Below are positions 1-9,523 of a stretch of DNA of 64,000 bases, in pieces. A program made the translations under genes and the position numbers. Below the pieces are notes generated by a model. The model saw only the letters and a list, made by a program, of their open reading frames with translations, ran no database searches and had not been told where the DNA came from. How positions within the stretch are numbered: the first letter of the stretch is position 1; every line of letters begins with the position of its first letter. Source of the stretch: Candidatus Moraniibacteriota bacterium (GTDB lineage Bacteria; Patescibacteriota; Minisyncoccia; Moranbacterales; UBA1568); the NCBI GenBank assembly GCA_049287005.1, contig JBAQEZ010000002.1, positions 19,268 to 83,267 on the forward strand. The letters run 5' to 3'.

Positions 1-878
1 AAATACTCGGCATCAATTCCGTGACGCCAGACAGCCTTGCTAAGCTCGAAAAGCGTCAGAGTACTCGTATCTATGACATCAATATCCCGCGTGTTTTTGC
101 TGTTTTTTTCAATATGACCAAGAGCGTCGCGCTGGCCAGCGATGAAGTGCGGGCCGCTCTGTCCTATGCTACTGATCGGGATGCGATCATAGCGGAAGTG
201 CTCTCTGGCAAGGGCCAACCTGCCTTGAGCGCTTTTCTTCCGTTCATGGCTGGCTATGATAGCAGTCTCGCGCGCCCCTCTTTTGATCAGGAAAAAGCGA
301 ATGCGCTGCTTGATAATAGCGGATGGACGCGCGGCGCAGATGGCGTGCGCACCAAGGGAAATGCGGCTTTGGAAATCACGCTGACCGTGCCGGATTGGCC
401 GGAGTTGAGCCGCACGGCGCATCTTTTGCAAGAACAATGGGAACGAATAGGCGCGCGGGTCACAGTGAATGTCATAGGCGCCGCAGACCTGCAGCAGAAT
501 GTGATCCGCCCTCGTGAATATCAAGCGCTTCTTTTCGGTGAGGCAGCGATGCTTTCTTCCGATCCGTATTCTTTCTGGCATTCCAGTCAGAAACGCGATC
601 CAGGACTCAATCTCGCTCTTTTCGATAACAAGGACGCTGATGATATTCTGGTGTCGCTGCGCGAAGAACCCGACTTCGAAAAGCAACTGGAAAAATATCG
701 AGCTTTTCAGATCATCTTATCCAAAGAAAATCCAGCGGTGTTTTTATATACCCCTACCTATCTGTATGTTGTCAGTGACGTCGTAAAGGGGGTGGATGTA
801 CAGAATATTGATGCGGCACACTTTCGTTTGAGCAATATCAGAGACTGGTATATGAATACCCAGAGAATTAAGAAATAA
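1..878 (+). CDS. ABC transporter substrate-binding protein, family 5 (Opp/Dpp type), C-terminal fragment; 5' end lies upstream of the window
   Basis: ORF runs from the window edge in frame. Fold pattern and length are typical of the C-terminal lobe of SBP_bac_5 proteins (…FWHSSQKRDPGLNLALF… region). Stop at 876-878. Confidence 0.6.
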   Translation, partial: ILGINSVTPDSLAKLEKRQSTRIYDINIPRVFAVFFNMTKSVALASDEVRAALSYATDRDAIIAEVLSGKGQPALSAFLPFMAGYDSSLARPSFDQEKANALLDNSGWTRGADGVRTKGNAALEITLTVPDWPELSRTAHLLQEQWERIGARVTVNVIGAADLQQNVIRPREYQALLFGEAAMLSSDPYSFWHSSQKRDPGLNLALFDNKDADDILVSLREEPDFEKQLEKYRAFQIILSKENPAVFLYTPTYLYVVSDVVKGVDVQNIDAAHFRLSNIRDWYMNTQRIKK

Positions 879-898
879 TAAAAATAATCGATAAAAAT

Positions 899-1921
899 AT
901 GCCACATCCGCTCGATGTATCCAATTTTCGTCAAATGATTATTGACAGTCCGCGGCAGTTCCGTACGGGCATGGAGCTGGCCGATGGCGTGCGCCTCGAA
1001 GGGGATTTCGACAAAATAATGATTTCCGGTATGGGCGGATCCGCTTTGCCGGGGAACCTTTTCCGCGTCTACCTGAACGATCTTTTCCGGCATGGCGGCA
1101 GTCGGCCGCTCGCCGTGTACCAGAACCGATTTTACGGCTTGCCTCCTGAGGCTCATGATCATTGTCTCAATTTCATCTGCTCCTATTCCGGCAATACCGA
1201 AGAAACCGTTGCTTCGTTTGAGGACGCACTGGCGAATGATCTCCCTTGTATCGGACTCTCGAGCGGTGGCAAGGTCGAAGAGCTTTGCAAGGCGCACGGC
1301 ATCCCTCATATCAAACTCCCTGTTCCGACGCCCGGCTTCCAGCCGCGGGTCGGTACCGGATATTTTTTCGGAGCCCTTTTCCAGGTACTGGTAAATCAGG
1401 GGCTCGTGTCCAATGGACGGCAGGAGATGCTTGCCGTGGCCGACGAGTTGCAATTACACCTCGTTGACTTGGAGGAACAAGGCAAGGCGTTGGCGAAGAA
1501 GCTCGTCGGAAAAACACCGGTCATCTATGGATCGACCAAGTACAAGTCCGTTGCAATGGTCTGGAAGATAAAATTGAATGAAAACGCCAAGACCCCGGCG
1601 TTCTGGAATTATTTCCCGGAACTCAATCATAATGAGATGGTCGGGTTTACCAACCCGCAGGGAAAATTCATCATTCTCATGCTGCGCGATCTCGGCGATT
1701 ATTCCAAGGATCTGAAGCGGTTCGAAGTGACGGCGGAATTGCTCCGCAGCAAGGGGATTGAGGCCGAAATAATAGACATGGTAGGCGAGAGCGTATTCGC
1801 CAAAATATTCACGAGCATCGCCTTGGGTGATTTCACCTCCTACTATCTCGCGCTCGAATATGGTCAAGATCCGACTCCTGTGGATATGGTCGAAGAACTG
1901 AAAGCGCTTTTGGTAGCTTAA
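899..1921 (+). CDS. bifunctional phosphoglucose/phosphomannose isomerase (SIS-domain, archaeal-type PGI/PMI)
   Basis: 340 aa. ISGMGGSALPG SIS motif near N-terminus, second SIS-like half, and a size matching the PGI/PMI family. ATG at 899. Confidence 0.65.
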   Translation: MPHPLDVSNFRQMIIDSPRQFRTGMELADGVRLEGDFDKIMISGMGGSALPGNLFRVYLNDLFRHGGSRPLAVYQNRFYGLPPEAHDHCLNFICSYSGNTEETVASFEDALANDLPCIGLSSGGKVEELCKAHGIPHIKLPVPTPGFQPRVGTGYFFGALFQVLVNQGLVSNGRQEMLAVADELQLHLVDLEEQGKALAKKLVGKTPVIYGSTKYKSVAMVWKIKLNENAKTPAFWNYFPELNHNEMVGFTNPQGKFIILMLRDLGDYSKDLKRFEVTAELLRSKGIEAEIIDMVGESVFAKIFTSIALGDFTSYYLALEYGQDPTPVDMVEELKALLVA

Positions 1922-2071
1922 ATAAAGGGATAGAATGGTAGCCCGGTGGCGAAACTTCGAAAGTGTTGGTAGAGTAATGATGCGTTGTCGTATTGCTATC
2001 ACGTGGGCTGTGTTGAAGCAAAAGTATAATTTTTTTAAAAACTTCGTTTATTCGAAGTTCTACTACCGGGT

Positions 2072-3103
2072 ATGTATAGCGTCATTTTGTGCGGCGGATC
2101 AGGAACGCGTCTGTGGCCGATGAGTCGGAAAAACCTGCCGAAGCAGTTTTTGAAACTCTACGGAGATCAGTCGCTCCTGCAGGAGACATATCTGCGGAGT
2201 CGAGCCATATTGCCCGCAGACCACATTTTTTTTGTGACGAACAAGAAAAATTGCCGGCATGTTTTGGAGCAGATTCGCGGCATTGAGAAGGCGTTTCCGG
2301 CAGCACAGGTGATCATCGAACCGGTGGCACGCAACACGGCACCAGCTATCGCGCTGGCCATGAAGTATCTCGCCGAAAAAATAGGGATAGCGGAGGCAGA
2401 AACGGTGCTTTTCCTTCCATCTGATCACTACATCGGAAACAAGGCGGCATATCTGAAGACCATAGAAAAAGTCATGAGTATCACGGGGGACTGTATCGGT
2501 ACGATTGGCGTTGTTCCCACGAAGGCCGAGACGGGGTACGGGTATCTTCGCAAAGGAGACAAGAGGGCTGACGGTTCTTTTTCCGTACTGGAGTTCAAGG
2601 AGAAGCCGGATAAGGCGACTGCGGAGCAGTATCTGTCATCGGAGGAGTATCTCTGGAATTCCGGTATGTATTTTTTCAATACGCGGACGTTTTTTCAAGA
2701 GCTCGTGGCGTATGCGCCGGAGATAGCTCGTTTTTTTGAAGATGACTTCGCGACGGTTTTGACAAAGTATCTTTCTGCACCAGCAGTGTCTATCGATTAT
2801 GCTCTATCGGAGAAGTCGAAGCGCGTCGTAGTATGCGCGGGGGAGTTTGGCTGGAGCGATATCGGATCCTTCGATAGTCTGGCGGATATTGTCGGGCACA
2901 ATCCGACCGCGAGACACATTGGTATCGATTCCAAGAACGTATATACCTATAGTACGGAGAATCGGCTGATCGCGACTATCGGAGTGGAAGATCTGATCAT
3001 CGTTGAGACGAAGGGGAGCATCCTGATTTGTAAGCGCGGACGTTCCGAAGATGTGAAGAAAGTCGTCGAAAAGCTGAAGGAAAGTGAACCGGATGAGCTA
3101 TAG
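2072..3103 (+). CDS. manC: mannose-1-phosphate guanylyltransferase (GDP-mannose pyrophosphorylase)
   Basis: N-terminal LCGGSGTRLWP nucleotidyltransferase G-loop. 343 aa with C-terminal left-handed beta-helix-like region. Confidence 0.8.
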   Translation: MYSVILCGGSGTRLWPMSRKNLPKQFLKLYGDQSLLQETYLRSRAILPADHIFFVTNKKNCRHVLEQIRGIEKAFPAAQVIIEPVARNTAPAIALAMKYLAEKIGIAEAETVLFLPSDHYIGNKAAYLKTIEKVMSITGDCIGTIGVVPTKAETGYGYLRKGDKRADGSFSVLEFKEKPDKATAEQYLSSEEYLWNSGMYFFNTRTFFQELVAYAPEIARFFEDDFATVLTKYLSAPAVSIDYALSEKSKRVVVCAGEFGWSDIGSFDSLADIVGHNPTARHIGIDSKNVYTYSTENRLIATIGVEDLIIVETKGSILICKRGRSEDVKKVVEKLKESEPDEL

Positions 3104-3212
3104 GAGCTGATTTTACCTTACTGAGCGGTTTAACCGCTCAGTGGAGAAAATTGGCGTGAATAAGGTAAAAAAGTGCCGAAAACTAGGTTGTTTATGGGAT
3201 AGAAGAGGGGTT

Positions 3213-3239
3213 GACCGCCGTCGTTCGCGAACGACGTGG
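3213..3239. promoter_or_regulatory. near-perfect palindrome (core CGTCGTTCG·CGAACGACG, extended CCGCCGTCGTTCG/CGAACGACGTGG) immediately upstream of a -35 box; candidate operator/regulator site
   Basis: Perfect 18-bp inverted repeat read directly from the sequence. It abuts TTGACA at 3240. No U-tract follows, so it is unlikely to be a terminator. Confidence 0.35.
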
Positions 3240-3268
3240 TTGACAGGATTATTTTGGCGTGGTAGAAT
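3240..3268 (+). promoter_or_regulatory. sigma70-type promoter TTGACA-17 bp-TAGAAT driving tRNA-Leu with a leader of about 115 nt
   Basis: Exact -35 consensus, 17-bp spacer and 5/6 -10, located 120 bp upstream of the tRNA-Leu 5' end. Confidence 0.55.
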
Positions 3269-3390
3269 GAAAAATCGAGAAACCAGAGTCATGCGCTCTC
3301 GTTTTACAGACCCTTCTTCATCTTGATACGCAATCTTCCTCGAGGCACGGGGAGTTCTTCAGTTGTTTGTAGAAGTCGATAGAAAAAGAG

Positions 3391-3474
3391 GCCTTGGTGG
3401 CGGAATTGGTAGACGCACTAGCTTCAGGTGCTAGCGCTCGCAAGAGCATGGGAGTTCGAGTCTCCCCTAAGGCA
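3391..3474 (+). tRNA. tRNA-Leu (anticodon CAG), type II with long variable arm
   Basis: Cloverleaf with acceptor GCCTTGG/CTAAGGC, anticodon loop TTCAGGT, T-arm GGGAG-TTCGAGT-CTCCC and a long variable arm. Confidence 0.85.
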
Positions 3475-3653
3475 CAACGTAAAAATAATCCTCCTCTGAT
3501 TTCAAGGGAAGGTTCATCTTTCGTGATAATTCATTTTTGTTGGTGGCTAAAAAATACCCCGACAAAAAAAACTAATCAATTCTGCGAGCATCTCTCACCC
3601 CCCGGTCTTATGGTAGATGAGGGGGAGAGGGCGTTCGAGAATAAGTAAACAGT

Positions 3654-5693
3654 ATGCAAACGAACAATTCGTTTCAGAAAAGCCAAAGTGCGAGCAGGCC
3701 TCGCAGCGCTTTTGGCAGTGGAAGCTCGAGTGCTTCCGTCGCAGGGGGTCAAAAAAGTACCATCGGTGCCTTTGAAGGCGTCGTGGCTCATGCGCAGGCA
3801 CCGCGTGCCTTGCACAAGAAGCCTGAGTACACACAGGCAAGGTCTGTCATCAAGTCCGGGGAAAAGCCTCAGGGAAGCAAAGTGAATCCTGTTGTCAAGG
3901 GACAGCAGGCAAAGAAACCGGCAGGAAAAAAGAGCGGACGCCGTGATAACCGCCGTTTTCCGATGGCGACCACGAGCCGCTTGGAGTCCAAGCACAACGG
4001 TATCAGCGTCCCATTGGTCGGCGCGAAGCGTTTGCGCATCGTCCCGCTTGGCGGGCAGGAAGAAGTCGGCCGCAACATGACGGTTTTCGAATATGGCAAT
4101 GATATCGTCATTGTCGATATCGGACTGCAATTTCCGGAAGAAGATATGCCGGGAATCGACTATATCATTCCGAATGTCAGTTACCTGAAAGGGAAGGAAA
4201 AAAATATCCGTGGCGTTATTTTCACGCACGGACACCTCGATCATATTGGCGCCGCGCCGCTTCTTTTGAAGCAGCTCGGATATCCGCCAGTCATCGCTCG
4301 CGATCTGACGCTGGCACTCATCAAGCACAAAGTGGAGGACCAAGAAAAAGGTGCTGCCAGCCGCTTGAAAATGGTGCGAGTGAAAGAACTCAATGATCGG
4401 ATCAAACTGGGTATATTTGAGGCGCGTTTTTTCGAAGTCGAACATTCCATCATGGATGCTATCGGCATCGTACTTCTTACGCCGGTCGCCTCGGTCGTCC
4501 ATATGGGTGACTGGACGATTTCCAATGATCCCATCGAAGAGAAAGAAATTTCCTACAAGCATCTGGCCGACCTGCCGCGCCCGACGATCCTCATGTTGGA
4601 GAGTTTGGGAGCCTTGAAGAAAGGCTTGCCGCCATCAGAGCAGGAAGTGCATCAGAACCTGAAGAATCTGATCCGGAGCGTTCCGGGTCGCCTGATTATC
4701 GGTACCTTCGCTTCGCAGATCCGCCGGATCAGCTATCTCATCGAGTACGCGGAGCAGCTTGGGAAGAAAGTCGCGCTCGAGGGCTACAGCATGAAGATGA
4801 ACATCGAAGTTGCCAAAGAGCTCGGGTATATCAAAGTCAAGAAAGACACGCTGATCACCGTCAATGATATTCACAAGTATCCCGATAATCAAGTCGTGGT
4901 CATCTGTACCGGTGCCCAGGGTGAGCTGAATGCCGCACTTTCGCGCATCGTGACGGACAATCATCGCTTCATCAAGCTGCAGAAGAACGATACGATCGTT
5001 TTCTCCTCCTCGGTCATTCCTGGCAATGAACGGACGATTCAGCGTCTGAAGGACAACCTGTATCGCAAGTGCGATAACATCATTCATAGCGATATCATGG
5101 AAATCCATATCGGCGGTCACTCCACGGCGCAGGGGATGGAGGAAATGCTTCGCCAGGTGAAGCCGACCTATTTCTTGCCGGTTTATGCCAATCATTATTT
5201 CCTCAAGGAAGCGGCCAAAATCGCTTTTCGGATGGGCTTTCCGGTGCAGAACGTGTTCGTTCTGGATAACGGCGGAGTCTTCGAAGTGGATGAGAAAGGT
5301 ATGGCGACCGTACTGAAAGAGAAAGCCGACACGAGCTATGTCTTCATCGATGGCTTGGGTATCGGCGATATCGGGCACGTCGTGCTCCGCGATCGTCAGG
5401 TGCTCGCGCAAGATGGCATGATCGTTATCACGGCCATCATCGATTCCAAAACCAAGAATATCGTCGGCAATATCCAGATTACCTCGCGCGGCTTCATTCA
5501 TGTGAAAGAAAACTTCGATCTCGTGAATGAAACCAAACGCAAAGTGGAGAAGGTCGTGAAGGAGAATACGTCCAAGGGCACTTCGATCGATTGGGACCTC
5601 GTCCGCAATCAGATCCGCGAAGTCGTGGGCCAATTCCTCTTTACCAAGACGGAACGCCGGCCGATGGTGCTGCCAGTAGTCATTGAAGTCTAA
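3654..5693 (+). CDS. rnj: ribonuclease J (metallo-beta-lactamase/beta-CASP RNase) with an N-terminal basic low-complexity extension of about 125 aa
   Basis: HGHLDHIG zinc-binding motif, beta-CASP and C-terminal domain. A canonical RNase J start (…RIVPLGGQEEVGRNMTV…) appears only after the extension. An alternative start exists at the Met near 3963. Confidence 0.85.
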   Translation: MQTNNSFQKSQSASRPRSAFGSGSSSASVAGGQKSTIGAFEGVVAHAQAPRALHKKPEYTQARSVIKSGEKPQGSKVNPVVKGQQAKKPAGKKSGRRDNRRFPMATTSRLESKHNGISVPLVGAKRLRIVPLGGQEEVGRNMTVFEYGNDIVIVDIGLQFPEEDMPGIDYIIPNVSYLKGKEKNIRGVIFTHGHLDHIGAAPLLLKQLGYPPVIARDLTLALIKHKVEDQEKGAASRLKMVRVKELNDRIKLGIFEARFFEVEHSIMDAIGIVLLTPVASVVHMGDWTISNDPIEEKEISYKHLADLPRPTILMLESLGALKKGLPPSEQEVHQNLKNLIRSVPGRLIIGTFASQIRRISYLIEYAEQLGKKVALEGYSMKMNIEVAKELGYIKVKKDTLITVNDIHKYPDNQVVVICTGAQGELNAALSRIVTDNHRFIKLQKNDTIVFSSSVIPGNERTIQRLKDNLYRKCDNIIHSDIMEIHIGGHSTAQGMEEMLRQVKPTYFLPVYANHYFLKEAAKIAFRMGFPVQNVFVLDNGGVFEVDEKGMATVLKEKADTSYVFIDGLGIGDIGHVVLRDRQVLAQDGMIVITAIIDSKTKNIVGNIQITSRGFIHVKENFDLVNETKRKVEKVVKENTSKGTSIDWDLVRNQIREVVGQFLFTKTERRPMVLPVVIEV

Positions 5694-5718
5694 TCTGAAG
5701 AAATTACAGGTGATAAAA

Positions 5719-5744
5719 AACTTCCCGATTTGGGGAGTTTTTTT
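5719..5744 (+). terminator. rho-independent terminator after rnj (AACTTCCC-gattt-GGGGAGTT + T7)
   Basis: 8-bp stem including one G·U pair, a 5-nt loop and a T-tract. Confidence 0.5.
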
Positions 5745-5986
5745 GCATATTAATAGTAATCCTTTTTCTCGCAAGCAACCTTCTCAGAGGTCGTTCGTCC
5801 GCCAGCGACGGACTTCTCTTATAAAATTTTTTTGATCCGCCGAAATCGGCGGCACCATGCTCAAAAAAACTTTAACTCCTCCTGGAAGATTCTTGCGACA
5901 AAAAGTATATCCCAAAAGCGCTGTCATTTCAGCTCCTTTTTTGAATATGGTACAATAAAGGCACTAACCGTTAGGATGTTTCGTAT

Positions 5987-7060
5987 ATGTCAAAAAGGCT
6001 TTTTTCGGGGATCCAGCCGTCGGGCAACCTGCACTTGGGGAACTATCTCGGGGCTATCAAACAGTGGGTAGAGCTTCAGGAGAGCAATGAGGCCATCTTT
6101 TGTATCGTCGATCTGCACGCTATCACGGTGCCGCAGGATCCGGCAGAACTACGGAAGAAGATATTGGAGATCGCCAAAGTCTATCTCGCCGCCGGTATCG
6201 ATCCGCAGAAGGCGACTTTGTTCATCCAGTCGCACGTCAAAGAACACGCTGAGCTCGGATGGATTCTGAACACGATTACCAAGAATGGCGATCTGACAAA
6301 AATGACACAATTTAAGGACAAATCAGGCATCTCTGAAATCGAGGTTGACGCAAAAGATGAAGTTGGGAAAGAAAGAGGTGAAGCTGCTGAAATGTATAAC
6401 CGTGAAAATCGGCAGTGGAAAGAGAGATTTAATTCTGTCGGAGTCGGGCTTTTCGATTATCCTGTGCTTATGGCGGCGGACATCTTGCTTTACGATACAG
6501 AGCTTGTTCCCGTAGGAAAGGATCAGATGCAACATATCGAATTGGCGCGTGATTTGGCGAAACGTTTCAACAAACGTTTCGGAGAAACATTCGTGATTCC
6601 GGAAGGCAAGCTTTCCAAAGAAGGCGCGCTTATTATGGGGCTCGATGATCCGATGAAAAAAATGTCGAAGTCTGCTCCGAGTGAATATAACTATATTGCG
6701 CTTACTGACAATGCCGAGACGGTACGGAAAAAGATAAAAAAAGCGGTTACCGATAGTGGTTCGGAAATTGTGTATAGTGACGAGAAGCCTGCTTTGAAAA
6801 ATCTTATCAATATTTACATGCTTCTTTCTGGAAAATCTACTGGAGATATCCAGGTAATGTACCGGGGTAAAGGGTATGGTGATTTTAAAAATGACTTGGC
6901 GGAAGTTATCGTGAATTTTCTCACGCCATTTCAAGAACGTTTGAGCGGTATTCCTGATGAAGAGGTTTTGGCGGTTCTCAAATCTGGTGCTGAAAAAGCC
7001 CGTTCTTTAGCAGGGGTAAAAATGAAACAAGTGAGCGAACGAGTCGGACTCCTTGTCTAA
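5987..7060 (+). CDS. trpS: tryptophan--tRNA ligase (class I; HIGH-like GNLHLGNY and KMSKS motifs) with an insertion of about 30 aa after the KDKS motif
   Basis: N-terminal …GIQPSGNLHLGNYLGA…, KMSKS at the C-terminal third, and the conserved GLFDYPVLMAADILLY block. Confidence 0.9.
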   Translation: MSKRLFSGIQPSGNLHLGNYLGAIKQWVELQESNEAIFCIVDLHAITVPQDPAELRKKILEIAKVYLAAGIDPQKATLFIQSHVKEHAELGWILNTITKNGDLTKMTQFKDKSGISEIEVDAKDEVGKERGEAAEMYNRENRQWKERFNSVGVGLFDYPVLMAADILLYDTELVPVGKDQMQHIELARDLAKRFNKRFGETFVIPEGKLSKEGALIMGLDDPMKKMSKSAPSEYNYIALTDNAETVRKKIKKAVTDSGSEIVYSDEKPALKNLINIYMLLSGKSTGDIQVMYRGKGYGDFKNDLAEVIVNFLTPFQERLSGIPDEEVLAVLKSGAEKARSLAGVKMKQVSERVGLLV

Positions 7061-7076
7061 AAGATTGCAGAAAAAA

Positions 7077-7109
7077 AGCTTGCCCAAGGGGAATGGGCAA
7101 GCTTTTTTG
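7077..7109 (+). terminator. rho-independent terminator after trpS (AAGCTTGCCCA-aggggaa-TGGGCAAGCTT + TTTT)
   Basis: Perfect 11-bp stem followed by a T-tract. Confidence 0.6.
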
Positions 7110-7243
7110 TGACGCGTTGCGCGCGGGAGAGCTAGACGCTGAGTTTTGCCAAGAACAAGGGCATACCCTCTTTGGATGCCTGAGGAGAGGAAAATGTAGT
7201 ATACTAGGAGGGGAGGAGGAGATAATCAATAACCAAGAAGAGT

Positions 7244-7714
7244 ATGTTGGGATTTGAAATATCGAAAATTGAACAAGAAGCATCTGCCAAGCCGTTCCGC
7301 AAACGGACAGTGGTGTGGGAAAGCATAGTGGAGGAAGGTGTCGAGCTTGAGCTCGTAGATGCCATCATCGAACGGGTCGCTTCAGAGGAGCATCCGCTCT
7401 ATGCGTACAGTCGGCAGTCCGAATTCCGCGATAAGATACGGGCGGCGGCGGTCAAGGCGATTCACGAGCTCATTCAGGGCGATCAGAAGAATTTTTCCGA
7501 TCCGATCGATGAGAAAACGAAAACATGGGATAGCGAAATTGCGCATAGCGGCAACGATCCCGATGTAGATATCAAGAAATATGGACGAACGCTTGTCGGA
7601 AGTCTGACGACTCTGGCTGGAGGGAGGGAGAATCTGATCGAGAGGGTCGTCGCGTTGATGATCGCGGACGAGAAGAGGCGACAAGGAGAGCAGGACGCTA
7701 CCGCGCGGCAATAG
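7244..7714 (+). CDS. hypothetical protein (156 aa, acidic)
   Basis: Intact ORF with a protein-like composition. The GGAGGGGAGGAGGAG purine run lies 23 nt upstream. No recognisable motif. Confidence 0.4.
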   Translation: MLGFEISKIEQEASAKPFRKRTVVWESIVEEGVELELVDAIIERVASEEHPLYAYSRQSEFRDKIRAAAVKAIHELIQGDQKNFSDPIDEKTKTWDSEIAHSGNDPDVDIKKYGRTLVGSLTTLAGGRENLIERVVALMIADEKRRQGEQDATARQ

Positions 7715-7762
7715 GATATGCGGAAACAAAGAAGACGTATCGTGGTTCCGATGCGTCTTTTG

Positions 7763-8125
7763 CTAGGATGGGATTCCCCGCGCGTAGAGGTGCTGGCGGC
7801 AATGGATTTCCAAAGCGATAAAGAAGAGGATTTTCTGACGCGTTTCCGGCATATCGGCGATGACGATTTGCAGGTGGGCCAGTTTTTCTTGGGAGCGTAG
7901 GAAGAGGTGGTCCAACAATCGTCTGTATGGCAGGATTTTCCCAGGACGGAATCTCTTGATTTTCTCGAACAGGCGCTGATATTCTCCTACGCGCCAGGGG
8001 ATATCCGAATCCGGATCGATCAGGTAACCCTCGAGGAGCAATCGTTCCCCCCGGCGGATAACCTGGTGATCGTCGAGCGCTTCCATCAGAGCGCCGACTT
8101 GCTTGAGGGCGCTTTCTGTCGTCAT
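7763..8125 (-). CDS. hypothetical protein (120 aa), convergent with the preceding ORF
   Basis: This frame has a balanced composition. The overlapping 146-aa ORF at 7698..8138 is R/P-rich and looks like an antisense artefact. Confidence 0.3.
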   Translation of the reverse strand: MTTESALKQVGALMEALDDHQVIRRGERLLLEGYLIDPDSDIPWRVGEYQRLFEKIKRFRPGKILPYRRLLDHLFLRSQEKLAHLQIVIADMPETRQKILFFIALEIHCRQHLYARGIPS

Positions 8126-8188
8126 GGTATTCCTCCAAGAGTCAAAGAACAGGCAAGTATTATCTCTTTTCCTGAAAATGTCAAGAGC

Positions 8189-9523
8189 TTAGCTGCGGAT
8201 CAGGGCAAGAAGTTCGTTTCGCTTGATTGCCATCATTTCCGGATCTTTCGCTTCGAGATTGAGGCGGAGCAGGGGTTCGGTATTGGAGGGGCGGACGTTG
8301 AACCACCAGTCGGGGTAGTCCACTTTCAATCCATCGAGCTCGTGTTGCTTGCCGTCAGCGTATTTTTCTCTGAGCTTGGCGAGGATAGCGTTCTTGTCGG
8401 CGACCTCACTGTTGATTTCGCCGGAATGGGAATAGCGCTTCAACCCATGCACCAGTTCGGAAATTTTTTGTCCCGTTTTTACCATCAGATTCAAGAGAAG
8501 GAGTGCTGGCAGCGTGCCGGCCTCGGCAAATGAATTTTCTTCGAAATAATAGTGGCCGGAAAGCTCACCGGCAAAGATAGCACCGTCTTCGCGCATTTGT
8601 TTTTTGATGTTGGCATGACCGACCTTGCATTCTATCGCAACGCCGCCGTTTTCCTCGATGATTTCTTTGACCGCGCGAGAGGAACGGAGATCATAGAGGA
8701 TAGTTGCGCCAGGACGCTTCTCGAGAATGATTTTGGCGAGGAGTCCGGTAACAAGATCCATCGGCATGATTTCTCCTGTCTCGTCGACGAAGCCAATACG
8801 ATCCGCGTCGCCGTCGTACGCGATGCCGAGATCGGCCCGTGATTCTTTCACTTTCGCGCGGAGTTCATCGAGAGTATCAAGCTTGAGCGGGTTGGCTTCA
8901 TGGCATTCGAATGGATGATCGAGGTCATTGTACAGATTGACGATGGAAAGATTTTCGGGGAATTGCTCGTAGATGGGCAGTTCGAACACGCCCATGGCGT
9001 TGGCGGTATCGATAACGAGAGTGAAACGCTTGTCTTGGAACTCCGCGAACGAAGTGAAATAGCCATAATAGGCGGGACAAATATCCTCGGTAGTTATGGC
9101 TCCCTTCTGCGCAACGTTCTTCCAGACACCGCGCAAGGCGAGATCACGGATGGAGTGGAGGCCAGAATTTTCACCCACCGGTATGGCACCGCGCAAGGCG
9201 ATTTTCAAGCCGTTATACTGCGGGGGATTGTGCGAAGCGGTGAGGGAAATAGCCGCATCGATATCCAGGCGTCCGGCAGCGAAATACACCATCGGCGTCG
9301 TGATGACGCCGAGATCTATGACATCGCAACCGGCATCCATCACGCCCCGCGCGAAACTGGCGAAAAGAGACGGGCTTGAGGCGCGGATATCGCGACCGAT
9401 ACCGAGGCATTTCGGTTCGAGATGCTCGACGACCGCACGACCGATAGCATAGGCAGCATCTTCATCGATGTCATCAGGGTAAATACCGCGGATATCATAG
9501 GCCTTGAAAATGTTCGGATTCAT
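8189..9523 (-). CDS. phosphomannomutase/phosphoglucomutase (alpha-D-phosphohexomutase)
   Basis: Active-site TASHNPPQYNG motif and four-domain length of 444 aa. Confidence 0.85.
   Translation of the reverse strand: MNPNIFKAYDIRGIYPDDIDEDAAYAIGRAVVEHLEPKCLGIGRDIRASSPSLFASFARGVMDAGCDVIDLGVITTPMVYFAAGRLDIDAAISLTASHNPPQYNGLKIALRGAIPVGENSGLHSIRDLALRGVWKNVAQKGAITTEDICPAYYGYFTSFAEFQDKRFTLVIDTANAMGVFELPIYEQFPENLSIVNLYNDLDHPFECHEANPLKLDTLDELRAKVKESRADLGIAYDGDADRIGFVDETGEIMPMDLVTGLLAKIILEKRPGATILYDLRSSRAVKEIIEENGGVAIECKVGHANIKKQMREDGAIFAGELSGHYYFEENSFAEAGTLPALLLLNLMVKTGQKISELVHGLKRYSHSGEINSEVADKNAILAKLREKYADGKQHELDGLKVDYPDWWFNVRPSNTEPLLRLNLEAKDPEMMAIKRNELLALIRS

Noticed and set aside
3141-3648. Small ORFs 3141..3326 and 3394..3648
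   Set aside because: They overlap the consensus promoter/leader and the tRNA-Leu gene itself, and have basic, low-complexity translations.
3576-4562. 328-aa ORF on the minus strand
   Set aside because: Lies antisense to the unambiguous RNase J gene. Arg-rich and repeat-poor composition typical of shadow ORFs in GC-rich coding DNA.
5750-5986. Possible T-box or other riboswitch upstream of trpS, and a preQ1 riboswitch upstream of queH (24790-24996)
   Set aside because: No T-box specifier or antiterminator consensus and no preQ1 aptamer consensus could be recognised by eye. Only short hairpins (GTCCGCCAGCGACGGAC and CCGCCGAAATCGGCGG) are present.
7698-8138. 146-aa minus-strand ORF overlapping the 120-aa ORF in another frame
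   Set aside because: R/P/G-rich composition. The 7763..8125 frame is more protein-like, although still low confidence.
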